Shown here: positions 9,759 through 20,162 of the stretch, one piece after another
How the letters are laid out: each line of letters opens with the position of its first letter
Position numbering within the stretch: the stretch's first letter is position 1
Assembly: GCA_018812705.1 (NCBI GenBank)
Contig: JAHJCZ010000155.1
Location: 1-63,029 of the forward strand
Reading direction: 5' to 3'
Source: Candidatus Omnitrophota bacterium
Lineage (GTDB): Bacteria > Omnitrophota > Gorgyraeia > Zapsychrales > Zapsychraceae
Length of the DNA: 63,029 bases
Position numbers and translations under genes: made by a program
Notes under the pieces: model-generated
Database searches by the model: none
What the model was told of the DNA's origin: nothing
What the model saw: only the letters and a program-made list of their open reading frames with translations

Positions 9759-11104
9759 CTTCTTCCCCTTATTTGACCTGATTTCATAAATCCATCGTAA
9801 TGACGCATAACAAGATGCGATTCAATCTGCTTCATAGTATCAAGCATAACCCCCACAGTAATCAAAACACCTGTTCCACCAAAAAACGAAGCAACTAAAT
9901 ATGGCACCTTAAAAGAAGCCATTATCGCATCAGGCATAATAGCGATCACACAAATAAATAAAGCCCCAGTCAAAGTAATACGTGTCATAACAAAATCCAA
10001 ATAATCTGCTGTCTGAGATCCAGGCCTAACACCAGGTATAAAACCACCATGCTTCTTCATATTTTCAGCAACTTCAAGAGGATTAAAAACTATTGCAGTA
10101 TAAAAATAGCAGAAGAAGACAATAAATAAACCATAAATAATATAATATACAGCATGTCCTCTTTGAATATAACTTGCAAAAGCTTGAAAACCTTGGTTAG
10201 GTATAAAACTTGCTAAAGTCGCAGGAAACAAAATAATCGATTGAGCAAAGATAATCGCTATAACACCTGCTGTATCAACTTTTAGAGGAATATAAGTACT
10301 CTGACCACCATAGACTTTTCTTCCAACAATACGTCTTGCATATTGTACAGGTATTTTTCTTTGTGCTTGCGTTATCAAAGTAATTGCAACTATTACACCT
10401 AACAAGAACATAACCATAATAACAAGCGTAAAAGGTTGCAACTGAACGGCTCCGCCTGTTTGTGGTGATAAAAGTTTAACCAACATAGCAAGAGCAGAAG
10501 GTGCAGAAGAAATAATACCAGCGGTAATGATCAGAGAAATACCGTTTCCGATTCCCTTCTCCTGGATCTGTTCCCCTAGCCACATTAATAATAGAGTACC
10601 AGCTGATAAAGTAACCATCGTTGTAAAAATGAACTGTACACCAGCGCTGCTGCTTACTACTTCAAAACCTTTGAAAGTTTGTGGACTTTTAAGCCAAAGA
10701 GCAATAAAGAATGATTGTATAGTCGCTAATCCCAGCGTTCCATAACGAGTATACTGATTTATTTTATGATAACCAGCTTGTCCTTCTTTAGATAATTTCT
10801 CTAAAGCAGGAATAACCGCTGTTAATAACTGCATTATAATGGAGCTAGAGATATACGGCATAATTCCTAAAGAAAATACCGTCATTTTCTGCATCGCTCC
10901 TCCAGAAAACATGTTCATAATGCTGAAAATGCTTCCACTTGCAGAAGAAGTAATAGATTGAAAATATCTTGCTAGCTCAGCACCGTTTACTCCAGGAGTT
11001 GGAAGATAACAACCAACTCTATATGCAACAATAATTGCTAGAGTAAAAAGAATTTTCTTCTTTAATTCAGGAATTTTAAAACAATTTGCAAAAGCAGCTA
11101 ACAT
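9755..11104 (-). CDS. secY: Preprotein translocase SecY
   Basis: LGIMPYISSSII, GIGNGISL, FIPGVRPG, GGTGVLI. Confidence 0.99.
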   Translation of the reverse strand: MLAAFANCFKIPELKKKILFTLAIIVAYRVGCYLPTPGVNGAELARYFQSITSSASGSIFSIMNMFSGGAMQKMTVFSLGIMPYISSSIIMQLLTAVIPALEKLSKEGQAGYHKINQYTRYGTLGLATIQSFFIALWLKSPQTFKGFEVVSSSAGVQFIFTTMVTLSAGTLLLMWLGEQIQEKGIGNGISLIITAGIISSAPSALAMLVKLLSPQTGGAVQLQPFTLVIMVMFLLGVIVAITLITQAQRKIPVQYARRIVGRKVYGGQSTYIPLKVDTAGVIAIIFAQSIILFPATLASFIPNQGFQAFASYIQRGHAVYYIIYGLFIVFFCYFYTAIVFNPLEVAENMKKHGGFIPGVRPGSQTADYLDFVMTRITLTGALFICVIAIMPDAIMASFKVPYLVASFFGGTGVLITVGVMLDTMKQIESHLVMRHYDGFMKSGQIRGRR

Positions 11105-11113
11105 ATATTCAAT

Positions 11114-11593
11114 TTATTTCTTTGGTGTTTTTTTCTCTTTTTTAGAAACTTTTTCTAGAACTTCGATCTTACCACCAGCTTTTTCAATCTTCTCTTTTGC
11201 TGTCTTAGATACACTCTTTATTTTGATAAAAAGAGATTTTTCTATTTCACCATTACCTAAAATCTTTACTGGTTTATGAATGCTATTGATCAAGCCAAGA
11301 GCTTTCAAAGACACAATATCAACCACAGCATCGTTATCAAATTTATTTAAGCCGTCTAAACTTACAACTTGGTTTAAAATAGGTCTCTTGCTCCTAAATC
11401 CAACCTTGGGAAGACGACGAATAAGAGGCATTTGACCACCCTCAGAAGATGCCAAATTCCATCTGCCTGTACGAGATCTTGCTCCATTTTCTCCACGGCC
11501 ACTCGTTTTTCCACGTCCAGACCCTTTACCCCGGCCAATTATTCTTTTTTTCTTTCTTGAACCTTTTGGAGATTTTAATTCGTGTAATTGCAT
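11114..11593 (-). CDS. rplO: 50S ribosomal protein L15
   Basis: GRGKGSGRGKTSGRG, EGGQMPL.RRLPK.GF. Confidence 0.98.
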   Translation of the reverse strand: MQLHELKSPKGSRKKKRIIGRGKGSGRGKTSGRGENGARSRTGRWNLASSEGGQMPLIRRLPKVGFRSKRPILNQVVSLDGLNKFDNDAVVDIVSLKALGLINSIHKPVKILGNGEIEKSLFIKIKSVSKTAKEKIEKAGGKIEVLEKVSKKEKKTPKK

Positions 11594-11622
11594 TTATTAC
11601 TTAACCTTTATAAAATTAAAAA

Positions 11623-12291
11623 TTATTTTTTAGACTTCAGTCTACTTAATCCGTCAAATGTTGCCTTAACAACATTAATTGGATTGTTTGATCTATGGCA
11701 TTTAGTCAAAATATTATGTATTCCAGCCCCATCACAAACAGCTCGTACAGGACCAGATGCAATAACACCAGTACCTTCAGATGCAGGCTTTAACAAAACT
11801 CTAGCTCCTGAACACTGTCCAATAATTTCATGAGGGATCGTTGTCCCTTTCATTGGAACTTTTATCATATTCTTTTTTGCCACAATCATAGCTTTCTTAA
11901 TAGCTATAGCTACTTCCTTAGCTTTAGATAAACTATATCCTACATTACCCTTGGCATCACCAACAACTACTAGAGCGCTAAAAGATAAGTTTTTTCCACC
12001 TTTTGTTACTTTTGTAATTCTGTTGATAGAAATAACTTTTTCCATCATTTCAGAACTACCATACTCCTTTATCGCTTCACTTGCTTTTTTAGGATCTCTT
12101 GAAGCATCTCGAACCACTTTTTTCTTTTCGTCAAAAACAACTTCTTCATCTGCATCAATATCAACTTCTTCAATAATCTCTTGCTCTACAATTTTTTCCA
12201 CAGCATCAGCATTAACTTCATTCTTTAAAGTTTGATCAGCTGTAATTTCTGGTTCTTGAATTTCTTTATTTTCTTCGTTTGAATTATTCAT
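11623..12291 (-). CDS. rpsE: 30S ribosomal protein S5 with acidic N-terminal extension
   Basis: [31 protein letters not shown]. Confidence 0.98.
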   Translation of the reverse strand: MNNSNEENKEIQEPEITADQTLKNEVNADAVEKIVEQEIIEEVDIDADEEVVFDEKKKVVRDASRDPKKASEAIKEYGSSEMMEKVISINRITKVTKGGKNLSFSALVVVGDAKGNVGYSLSKAKEVAIAIKKAMIVAKKNMIKVPMKGTTIPHEIIGQCSGARVLLKPASEGTGVIASGPVRAVCDGAGIHNILTKCHRSNNPINVVKATFDGLSRLKSKK

Positions 12292-12296
12292 AATAG

Positions 12297-12665
12297 TTAA
12301 AACTCCATTCCACCCTTGCGCACCGACTCGGCAAAGGCCTTCACTCGACCATGATATAGATAACCACCACGATCAAAACAAACTTTTTTAATACCTTTTT
12401 TCTTAGCCTCTACAGCAAATGACTCACCCAATACTGATGCCGCATCAATATTTCCACCATTTTTAATTTTACTGCGCACTTCTTTATTCATTGTTGACAT
12501 TCCAAATAAAACTTTACCTGTAGAATCATCAACAACTTGCGCAAATAAATTCTTTAAACTTCGATGCACACACAATCTTGGCTGTTCGGTTGTTCCAACA
12601 ACTTTTTTGCGTGTTCTTGCGTGCCTATAACCTCTTTTTAGTTCTTTTAATTTTGTATTATCCAT
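12297..12665 (-). CDS. rplR: 50S ribosomal protein L18
   Basis: [22 protein letters not shown]. Confidence 0.98.
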   Translation of the reverse strand: MDNTKLKELKRGYRHARTRKKVVGTTEQPRLCVHRSLKNLFAQVVDDSTGKVLFGMSTMNKEVRSKIKNGGNIDAASVLGESFAVEAKKKGIKKVCFDRGGYLYHGRVKAFAESVRKGGMEF

Positions 12666-12671
12666 AATATT

Positions 12672-13211
12672 TTATTTCGACACCGATTTTCCTTGTTTCC
12701 TTCGAACAATTTCGCCCACATACCTAATGCCTTTTCCCTTATAAGGCTCAACAGGTTTTAAGGCACGAATTTTTGCTGCTTCCTGACCAACTCTTGCATT
12801 ATCAGGACCTTCAACGCTAACACTAGTTGGATTAGGTAGACTAACTTTTACATCTTCAGGAATCTGATACACCACAGGATGACTAAAACCTAACCCGAAC
12901 ACTATCTTTTTGCCTTCGATATTAGCCCTAAAACCAATTCCTTGAATCTCTAAATCTTTTTTATGACCTTTAGTTACACCAACGACCATATTTGATAAGC
13001 AGGAACGTATCGTTCCATGATTTGCTCGATTTTGCTTAGCATTTGACACTCTATTAATAACTAACTTATCATCCGTATGCTCAACTTTAATCCCATGAGG
13101 AATATCCAAGCTCAATTTACCATTTGGTCCTTCTAAAGAAATAGAACCTGGATCTATTTTAATTTTTACTTCTTTTGGAACACTAACTGGATTTTGACCT
13201 ATTCTTGACAT
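12672..13211 (-). CDS. rplF: 50S ribosomal protein L6
   Basis: MSRIG, LGFSHP, EPYKGKGIRY. Confidence 0.99.
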   Translation of the reverse strand: MSRIGQNPVSVPKEVKIKIDPGSISLEGPNGKLSLDIPHGIKVEHTDDKLVINRVSNAKQNRANHGTIRSCLSNMVVGVTKGHKKDLEIQGIGFRANIEGKKIVFGLGFSHPVVYQIPEDVKVSLPNPTSVSVEGPDNARVGQEAAKIRALKPVEPYKGKGIRYVGEIVRRKQGKSVSK

Positions 13212-13226
13212 AATATACCTTAGTTA

Positions 13227-13622
13227 TTACCAAATATAACACAAGACTTCGCCGCCAATTTTTTCTTTTCGAGCAGCCCGACAAGTCATAACACCTTTTG
13301 ATGTAGAAACAACTGCTGTTCCCAAACCATTTAGAACTCTTGGAAGTTTATCATGCTGAACATAAACTCTAAGGCCTGGTTTAGAAATTCTTTTTATTCC
13401 AACAACAACTGGCTTGTTATTATCGTATTTTAAATAAATTTTATAACTACCCTGAACACTGTCTTTCATTAACTTAAAATCTTCAAGATAACCATCTTCC
13501 TTAAAAATTTCTAGTATTTTTCCAGATGTTTTCGTAGCTGGAACATCAACAGTTTCTTTTCTAGCTTGATAAGCATTTCTGATATTTGTTAATAAATTAC
13601 TAATTGGATCATTTAATGACAT
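13227..13622 (-). CDS. rpsH: 30S ribosomal protein S8
   Basis: DPISNLLTNIRN, SKPGLRVY, STSKGVM. Confidence 0.99.
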   Translation of the reverse strand: MSLNDPISNLLTNIRNAYQARKETVDVPATKTSGKILEIFKEDGYLEDFKLMKDSVQGSYKIYLKYDNNKPVVVGIKRISKPGLRVYVQHDKLPRVLNGLGTAVVSTSKGVMTCRAARKEKIGGEVLCYIW

Positions 13623-13641
13623 ATATTTAAGTCCCCTTTAA

Positions 13642-13827
13642 TTACCAACTTGCCTTTTTTACTCCCGGAATCTCACCTTTCCATGCAAGCTCCCTAAAAC
13701 AAATTCGACAAACACCAAACCTTCTCAAATAACCTTTTGGCCTTCCACACAATTGACATCTATTATGTTGCCTTGTAGAAAACTTTGGCGGTCTTTTCGA
13801 TTTAATTATTAATCCTTTTTTTGCCAT
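13642..13827 (-). CDS. rpsN: 30S ribosomal protein S14 type Z (Zn-binding)
   Basis: 61 aa, RCQLCGRP...CRICFRE. Confidence 0.99.
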   Translation of the reverse strand: MAKKGLIIKSKRPPKFSTRQHNRCQLCGRPKGYLRRFGVCRICFRELAWKGEIPGVKKASW

Positions 13828-13836
13828 AATTATCCT

Positions 13837-14382
13837 TTATTTCTTGCTGAAAGGCATGCCCATCAAACTCAACACTTCAAAAGTTTGCTCTTGAGGCCCT
13901 TTGTTAAATACAATAGAAATATCCATACCTTGCGTATATTGAATTCTTCCTGGATCAATTTCAGGAAATATAGATTGATCAGAAATACCAAAAGTATAAT
14001 TTCCCTGTTTATCAAAAGAATTACGCGAAACACCATTAAAATCACGAATTCTAGGGAGACAAACATTAACTAATCTTTCAAAGAATTCATACATTGCGTC
14101 TCTGCGCAATGTGACTTTACAGGCGATAGGTATATCTTCCCTCAATTTAAAGTTCGAAATAGCTTTTTTTGATCTGATAATAATAGGTTTTCGGCCTGTT
14201 ATTGTTCCTAAATCCTTAACTGCAGATTCTAATGCTTTCATATCAGTTATAGCTTTTCCAACGCCCATATTCACTACGATCTTTTCAAATTTTGGTACTG
14301 CCATACTGTTTCTAACGCCAAATTTTTCCTTGATCTTTGGAACAATCTCTTCTTCATATTTTTTTTTCAAACTTGCACTCAC
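13837..14382 (-). CDS. rplE: 50S ribosomal protein L5 (GTG start)
   Basis: KIVVNMGVG, FKLRE, LPRIRDF.G. Confidence 0.99.
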   Translation of the reverse strand: MSASLKKKYEEEIVPKIKEKFGVRNSMAVPKFEKIVVNMGVGKAITDMKALESAVKDLGTITGRKPIIIRSKKAISNFKLREDIPIACKVTLRRDAMYEFFERLVNVCLPRIRDFNGVSRNSFDKQGNYTFGISDQSIFPEIDPGRIQYTQGMDISIVFNKGPQEQTFEVLSLMGMPFSKK

Positions 14383-14383
14383 G

Positions 14384-14695
14384 TTAAATTACCTCACCAC
14401 TTTTCTTACTGATTCTTACCTTTGACCCATCTTTTAATACTGAAACTCCAAAACGAGTAGGTTGATTTGTTTTTTTATCTACCAGCATTACATTTGAAAT
14501 ATTAATAGGCGATTCAATTTCAGAAATACCACCTTGTTGATCTTGTTGCGTTTTTCTTCTGGCCTTTTTAACCATATTAATATTTTCTACAATTAATCTG
14601 CTATCTTTAGGAAAAACTATAAGAACCTTACCAGTTTTTCCTTTGTCTTTTCCTGCAATTATAAATACTTGATCATTTTTCTTTATAGATAACAT
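14384..14695 (-). CDS. rplX: 50S ribosomal protein L24
   Basis: IKKND.V.IIAGKDKGK; ATG 14695 directly after the rplN stop preferred over TTG 14704. Confidence 0.97.
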   Translation of the reverse strand: MLSIKKNDQVFIIAGKDKGKTGKVLIVFPKDSRLIVENINMVKKARRKTQQDQQGGISEIESPINISNVMLVDKKTNQPTRFGVSVLKDGSKVRISKKSGEVI

Positions 14696-14696
14696 C

Positions 14697-15065
14697 TTAG
14701 ACAACCTCAGGGGCTAATGAAATTATTTTCATGTATTCTAAACTTCTTAGTTCTCGAGCAACTGGTCCAAAAACACGTGTACCTCTTGGATTTCCAGCAT
14801 CATCAATTATTACAATAGCATTACTATCAAAACGGACATAAGTCCCATCAGATCTTCGTATAGGGAATTTCGTTCTAACAATAACTCCCTTTGCCTTTTC
14901 TCCCTTTTTAATAGATGCTTCAGGAGCAGACTCTTTAATGTTAACTCTAATAACATCTCCAATTTGTGCATGCCGTCTACCCTTACAGTTTAATACACCA
15001 ATCATTGAAGCTTTTCGAGCACCAGTATTATCTGCTACGTTCAAAATTGTTTTCATATAAATCAT
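14697..15065 (-). CDS. rplN: 50S ribosomal protein L14
   Basis: VADNTGA, GTRVFGPVARELR, SLAPEV. Confidence 0.99.
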   Translation of the reverse strand: MIYMKTILNVADNTGARKASMIGVLNCKGRRHAQIGDVIRVNIKESAPEASIKKGEKAKGVIVRTKFPIRRSDGTYVRFDSNAIVIIDDAGNPRGTRVFGPVARELRSLEYMKIISLAPEVV

Positions 15066-15077
15066 AATATTTACCTC

Positions 15078-15362
15078 TTAAGCTTCTTGTTCAGCGCTTA
15101 ATTGCTTAACTATGCTGCGAATGATCCAGCGCTTATCTTTTGATAATGGACGAGTTTCCATTATTTGTACTACATCACCAGTCTTAGACTCATTCTTTTC
15201 ATCATGAGCCTTATACTTTGAAGCTGCTCTAACAACTTTATTATACTTCTTATGCTTAGTTGCCCACTTAACTTGAACAACTCGCGTTTTATCCATTTTG
15301 TCGCTAGTTACAGTCCCTTGAAGAAATTTTCTTCTATTCTGCCTGTTTGCCGTTTCGGTCAT
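15078..15362 (-). CDS. rpsQ: 30S ribosomal protein S17
   Basis: G.V.SDKMDKT, ETRPLSK.KRW. Confidence 0.98.
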   Translation of the reverse strand: MTETANRQNRRKFLQGTVTSDKMDKTRVVQVKWATKHKKYNKVVRAASKYKAHDEKNESKTGDVVQIMETRPLSKDKRWIIRSIVKQLSAEQEA

Positions 15363-15552
15363 TCTCTAATTCTCTTTCTTTTAATATAGTAAATATTTTT
15401 GCGATATTTCTTCTTAACTCTCTAAAATGGGCAGGCTTTTCTACTACACCCATTTTTCTTTGATAATTGAGATCAAAAATATCTTTTTTAAAAGACTTTT
15501 CTTTCTGAATCAATTCTTCTGAACTTAATACTCTTAAATCTTTTATCTTCAT
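15334..15552 (-). CDS. rpmC: 50S ribosomal protein L29
   Basis: Position between rplP and rpsQ; LR...EL, RRNIAKI.T. Confidence 0.93.
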   Translation of the reverse strand: MKIKDLRVLSSEELIQKEKSFKKDIFDLNYQRKMGVVEKPAHFRELRRNIAKIFTILKERELENDRNGKQAE

Positions 15553-15968
15553 TAATGACCAATCCTCGTTACAAATTTTGTCTTAATAGGCAATTTAAAA
15601 GATACTACTCTTAATACAGTCTTAGCAAACTCTTCTGGAACACCACTCATCTCAAAAATAACCTTCCCACGCTTTACAGCAGCAACCCAGTGACTTACAT
15701 CACCTTTTCCCTTACCCATTCTTACTTCAGCAGGTTTCTTTGTAACAGGTTTATGTGGAAATATATTTATCCAGAGCTTTCCAACACCCTTCATTTTTCT
15801 AGCTACAACAATACGACAAGCTTCAATGTGAGTTGCTTTAATAAAACCATTTTCTAGGGCCTTGATACCATATTCGCCAAAATGGATCTTGCTTCCTGCA
15901 GTTGCAATCCCTCTATTCTTACCTTTTTGAGCTTTTCTAAATTTAACTTTTCTAGGCATTAAAACCAT
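15552..15968 (-). CDS. rplP: 50S ribosomal protein L16
   Basis: PRKVKFRK, FPHKPVT.KP.EVRMGKGKG. Confidence 0.99.
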   Translation of the reverse strand: MVLMPRKVKFRKAQKGKNRGIATAGSKIHFGEYGIKALENGFIKATHIEACRIVVARKMKGVGKLWINIFPHKPVTKKPAEVRMGKGKGDVSHWVAAVKRGKVIFEMSGVPEEFAKTVLRVVSFKLPIKTKFVTRIGH

Positions 15969-15995
15969 TTTAAAAATTCTCCTAAAATATAAACA

Positions 15996-16664
15996 CTACT
16001 TTTTTTCAGTGTTATTAGCTTTCTGACGATTAATTGTCTTAATAATCTCCCCTTTATTAACCCATACCTTAATCCCAAGGATACCATATGTAGTCTGTGC
16101 TTCTGCAAATCCATAATCGATCTGAGCTCTAAAAGTATGCAAAGGAAGTTTTCCTTCTTGATAAGATTCCTGCCGAGCCATTTCAACTCCATTAAGTCGA
16201 CCAGAACACTTTATCTTAATCCCTTTAGCTCCAGCACTCATTGCATTATCAATAGCCCTCTTCATAGCCCTTCTAAAAGCAATACGTTTAACTAGCTGGA
16301 AAGAAATATTTTGAGCTATCAATTGAGCCTCAATAGTTGGATTCTTGATTTCTCGAGGGTCAATAGAAACTTCTTTTGAAGAAATTTTACCTAGCTCAGT
16401 CCTTAATTTATCAATATCTGCGCCTCTTCGTCCAATAATTACACCCGGTCTGGCAGTATAAATAATAATCTTTGTTTTATCTGCTAATCTTTCGATAACT
16501 ACTTTCGCAACAGCTGCTTGAACGAACCTTTTTTTAATAAATTCTCGAATTTTGTAATCTTCAATTACATTCTGAGCAAATTCTTTCTTATCTGCAAACC
16601 AAAGACTTCTCCAATTCTCAATATATCCAATTCTTAATGCTATAGGACTTACTTTTTGACCCAC
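15996..16664 (-). CDS. rpsC: 30S ribosomal protein S3 (GTG start)
   Basis: MGQKV.P, ARPGVIIG, PLHTFRA, YGILGIKVW. Confidence 0.99.
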   Translation of the reverse strand: MGQKVSPIALRIGYIENWRSLWFADKKEFAQNVIEDYKIREFIKKRFVQAAVAKVVIERLADKTKIIIYTARPGVIIGRRGADIDKLRTELGKISSKEVSIDPREIKNPTIEAQLIAQNISFQLVKRIAFRRAMKRAIDNAMSAGAKGIKIKCSGRLNGVEMARQESYQEGKLPLHTFRAQIDYGFAEAQTTYGILGIKVWVNKGEIIKTINRQKANNTEKK

Positions 16665-16676
16665 GTTATATCCCCT

Positions 16677-17012
16677 TTATTTCGTTATTAAATCTAACTC
16701 TATTAATAAATGTGTTGTTTTCTTTAAAATCCTTGTTGCCCTACCAAAAGCTGCAGGCCGAAATCTCTTCCAAGAAGGTCCTTGGTCAGCTTTGATCTTA
16801 GAAATATAAAGCTGATCTTCCATTAAGCCTTTTTGTTTTGCATTACAAATAGCAGAATTTAAAATCTTACTTATAGTGTCAGTTTGACCCTTATTAGTCT
16901 GTGACAAAATTGCAAGAGATATATTAACCGCTTTTCCTCTAATCAGGTCAATAACTTGTCTTACTTTTACGGGCGAAACTCTTATATAACTTCCTTTTGC
17001 TTGTGCAATCAT
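16677..17012 (-). CDS. rplV: 50S ribosomal protein L22
   Basis: RVSP.KVR.V.DLIRGK, ADQGP, GRA. Confidence 0.98.
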   Translation of the reverse strand: MIAQAKGSYIRVSPVKVRQVIDLIRGKAVNISLAILSQTNKGQTDTISKILNSAICNAKQKGLMEDQLYISKIKADQGPSWKRFRPAAFGRATRILKKTTHLLIELDLITK

Positions 17013-17048
17013 AATTTATTCTCTGATAATATCTTTATTGGTTAATTA

Positions 17049-17336
17049 TTATGTTTTCTGAGCTGCTTTCTTAGCCTTCACACCACCATGTTTTCTAAAA
17101 GTTCTTGTACCAGAAAATTCTCCAAATTTATATCCAACCATATTTTCAGTGATAAAAACCGGGATATGTTTCTTTCCATTATGAACAGATACTGTAAAAC
17201 CAACGAACTGTGGAGTAATCACTGATCTTCTTGACCAAGTCTTTATTGGTTGCCTTGAACCTGTTTCGATCATCTTCAACAATTTCTTTTCCAATGATGG
17301 TTCTAAATATGGTCCTTTATTAATTGAACGTGGCAT
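17049..17336 (-). CDS. rpsS: 30S ribosomal protein S19
   Basis: MPRS..KGP, KTWSRRS, HNGK, GEFS.TR. Confidence 0.99.
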   Translation of the reverse strand: MPRSINKGPYLEPSLEKKLLKMIETGSRQPIKTWSRRSVITPQFVGFTVSVHNGKKHIPVFITENMVGYKFGEFSGTRTFRKHGGVKAKKAAQKT

Positions 17337-17337
17337 A

Positions 17338-18177
17338 CTATTTCGATCCTCTTCTTCTTACGATATATTGTGATGAATACTTTCTCTTTTTACGAGTTTT
17401 GTATCCTTTTGTTGGTTTACCCCATGGAGTAACTGGATGTGGATTTCCTTGAGGAGCTTTACCTTCACCACCACCATGAGGGTGATCAACAGGATTCATA
17501 GCAACTCCTCTAACATTTCCTTTTCTTCCTAACCAGCGGCTTCTCCCAGCCTTTCCTAAAGAACGACTCTCATGCTCAACATTACCGATCTGACCAATTG
17601 TTGATCTGCAATCAATAGGAATCTTTCTAACTTCACTTGAAGGCATTCTGATAAAAGCAAAATCACCTTCCTTTGCCATAATCTGTGCAGATGTGCCAGC
17701 TGAACGAGCGATCTTACCACCTTTTCCAGGCTTCATTTCTATATTATGAACTGCTGTACCAAGAGGCATCCTCCTCAAAGGCAGACAATTGCCTGCTTTA
17801 AATTCAATATCTTTATCTAATGAACTAACTACTTTATCACCAACTTTAAGTTCTAAAGGTGCAAGAATATACGACTTGATACCATCTTCATACTGGATCA
17901 AAGCAATTCTACAGCTTCTATTTGGGTCATACTCAATCCCTAAAACTTCAGCTTGAACATCAACTTTATTCCTCTTGAAATCAACCATACGGTACATTCT
18001 CTTATGGCCGCCACTTCTATATCTTGCAGTTATTCTACCGTTAGAATTACGTCCACCAGATCTCTTTAATGGCTTCAATAATGACTTTTCAGGTTTTGAT
18101 TTTGTGATTTCAGAAAAATCTGAAATCGCTGTATGTCTTAAACTACTAGTTGTTGGTTTAAATCTTCGTATTCCCAC
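17338..18177 (-). CDS. rplB: 50S ribosomal protein L2 (GTG start)
   Basis: [24 protein letters not shown]. Confidence 0.99.
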   Translation of the reverse strand: MGIRRFKPTTSSLRHTAISDFSEITKSKPEKSLLKPLKRSGGRNSNGRITARYRSGGHKRMYRMVDFKRNKVDVQAEVLGIEYDPNRSCRIALIQYEDGIKSYILAPLELKVGDKVVSSLDKDIEFKAGNCLPLRRMPLGTAVHNIEMKPGKGGKIARSAGTSAQIMAKEGDFAFIRMPSSEVRKIPIDCRSTIGQIGNVEHESRSLGKAGRSRWLGRKGNVRGVAMNPVDHPHGGGEGKAPQGNPHPVTPWGKPTKGYKTRKKRKYSSQYIVRRRGSK

Positions 18178-18455
18178 TATGTTACCTCTATTTTTTCGCC
18201 TTCTTTAAGTGTCACAATTGCTTTTTTCCAAGGCGTTGTCTTGCCTTGCGCCTGTCGAACTCTTTTTAACTTTGCTTTCATCATATTGGTATTCACAGCT
18301 TGAACCTTTACTTTATAAATCTCTTCAATTGCTTTCTTGATCTCTATCTTATTTGCCTTTGAAGCAACTTGAAAAAGATATTTTCTGTCAGGTTCTTGCA
18401 TCGTACCTTTTTCAGTACGAACTAAAGTCTTAATTATATCGTAACAAGTTATCAC
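18177..18455 (-). CDS. rplW: 50S ribosomal protein L23 (GTG start)
   Basis: TEK, F.V...[14 protein letters not shown]. Confidence 0.98.
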   Translation of the reverse strand: MITCYDIIKTLVRTEKGTMQEPDRKYLFQVASKANKIEIKKAIEEIYKVKVQAVNTNMMKAKLKRVRQAQGKTTPWKKAIVTLKEGEKIEVT

Positions 18456-19075
18456 TTTTTAATCCTATCCGTTAAATTCTTTAATGCTGTTTTTGTAACC
18501 AAGATATTTTTATTCTTTAGAATATCATACGCATTTACATCCTGTGATCTCATCAAGCTCAGTCTAGGAATATTACGTGATACTCTTGTAATGCTTTCAT
18601 CACAACCATCTAGAACTGCAAGTATTCTTCCAGAAAGTTTTAAATTTTTTAGAATTTCTGCAAATTCTTTTGTCTTGCTCAATGAATCAGTAAAATCATC
18701 AACACAATAAAAATTATTATCATTCAGCTTAGCTTTCAAGCTTTCTAATAAAGCCGCCTTTTTAATTTTCTTAGGAAGCGTATATCCGAAATCTCTTGGG
18801 TGTGGGCCAAAAACTACACCACCACCATGCCATAAAGGAGATCTGCTTGAACCAGCTCTTGCGCGACCTGTACCTTTTTGACGATGAGGTTTTTTACCAC
18901 CACCAGAAACAAAAGCTCTTTCTTTGGTAGAGGCATTTCCCTGGCGCAAAGAAGCTTGATACATTACTATAGCCTGATGAATAACATCTGTATTGACCCT
19001 TCCTTCAAAGACATCTGAAAGATCTATATTTTCTTTTTCTATTCCTTTAATATCTAATACGGCAACTTTTGACAC
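18452..19075 (-). CDS. rplD: 50S ribosomal protein L4 (GTG start)
   Basis: RQG, QKGTGRARAGS, GGGVVFGPHPR. Confidence 0.99.
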   Translation of the reverse strand: MSKVAVLDIKGIEKENIDLSDVFEGRVNTDVIHQAIVMYQASLRQGNASTKERAFVSGGGKKPHRQKGTGRARAGSSRSPLWHGGGVVFGPHPRDFGYTLPKKIKKAALLESLKAKLNDNNFYCVDDFTDSLSKTKEFAEILKNLKLSGRILAVLDGCDESITRVSRNIPRLSLMRSQDVNAYDILKNKNILVTKTALKNLTDRIKK

Positions 19076-19076
19076 T

Positions 19077-19784
19077 TTACTTTTTACCTTTCACATTTGC
19101 CTTGCTTTGCTTCATAGGATTGATCTTGTGTTTCACAACAGCTCTCTTCTCATCTAAAGATTTATATTCTTTCTTTTCAGAACGATTAATAGTTACAATT
19201 GAATTTTGATGACCAGCAATAGCACCTTTAATTAGCACGATATTGTTTTCAGAGTCGACTTCCAATATTCTAAGTCCTTGAACAGTTGCCCTTTTTCCAC
19301 CCATTCTTCCTGGCATATTTGTTCCTCTTAACGTTCTTGAAGGATCCGCGCTAGAACCGATCGAACCAACTCTTCTATGGTGCATTGAACCATGTGCAGC
19401 AGGACCACCTGACCAATGCCATCTCTTCATACCGCCTTGAAAACCTTTACCAATAGAAATCCCGACGACATCAACATAATCACCTGGCTTGAAAAAATCC
19501 GCTTTTATTTCTTGTCCAACAGAATACTCTTTGTTATCTGTTGACTTAAATTCTTGAATGTAACGCTTTGGCTCAACGCCAATTTTTTTAAAAAAACCTA
19601 TCTCAGGCTTCTTTACTTTCGATTCCTTTACAGCCTCAAAACCTATCTTAACTTTCATTGGAGATTCTTTTAACTCCAATACAGTACAGGGACCGACTTC
19701 GACAACAGTAACGGGAAATATATTCCCATCTTTATCGAATATTTGAGTCATACCAATTTTTCTACCTATTAAACCTCTTATCAT
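19077..19784 (-). CDS. rplC: 50S ribosomal protein L3 with short C-terminal extension
   Basis: [34 protein letters not shown]. Confidence 0.99.
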   Translation of the reverse strand: MIRGLIGRKIGMTQIFDKDGNIFPVTVVEVGPCTVLELKESPMKVKIGFEAVKESKVKKPEIGFFKKIGVEPKRYIQEFKSTDNKEYSVGQEIKADFFKPGDYVDVVGISIGKGFQGGMKRWHWSGGPAAHGSMHHRRVGSIGSSADPSRTLRGTNMPGRMGGKRATVQGLRILEVDSENNIVLIKGAIAGHQNSIVTINRSEKKEYKSLDEKRAVVKHKINPMKQSKANVKGKK

Positions 19785-19795
19785 TTTATCTCTCT

Positions 19796-20098
19796 TTACT
19801 GCTTAATTTCTACATCAACACCAGCAGGCAAATTAAGTTTTCTTAACGCCTCAACTGTTTTTGCTGTAGGTTCAATTAAATCTATAAGCCTCTTGTGTGT
19901 TGCTAAACCAAACTGCTCTCTTGATTTTTTATCTATAACCGGAGATCTTAATACCGTATAAAGTTCTTTTTTTGTAGGCAATGGTACAGGTCCGGAAATT
20001 TTAGCTCCAGTACGAATTGCAGTATCAACAATTTCCTGAGCGGACTGGTCAATTATCCTATGATCAAATGCTTTTAATTTTATACGTATTTTTTGCAT
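19796..20098 (-). CDS. rpsJ: 30S ribosomal protein S10
   Basis: [25 protein letters not shown]; start moved to ATG 20098 (GGAG SD upstream). Confidence 0.98.
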   Translation of the reverse strand: MQKIRIKLKAFDHRIIDQSAQEIVDTAIRTGAKISGPVPLPTKKELYTVLRSPVIDKKSREQFGLATHKRLIDLIEPTAKTVEALRKLNLPAGVDVEIKQ

Positions 20099-20111
20099 AA
20101 TTATCTCCGAA

Positions 20112-20154
20112 AATTGTCGCTTTGGGGAACGTTCAGTTCCCCAAAACAGCAATT
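20112..20154 (-). promoter_or_regulatory. GC-rich hairpin in the tuf-rpsJ leader (attenuator or processing stem candidate)
   Basis: TTTGGGGAAC/GTTCCCCAAA perfect 10-bp stem with 5-nt loop, extended by AATTG/CAATT. Confidence 0.55.
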
Positions 20155-20162
20155 ATATTTTT

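Noticed and set aside
19796-20152. Longer starts offered by the ORF track (rpsJ 20152, rplL 32408, rplA 33614, rplX 14704, pilN 49312, proA 42168)
   Set aside because: Downstream ATGs match homolog N-termini and/or have SD sequences; the rpsJ extension runs through the leader hairpin
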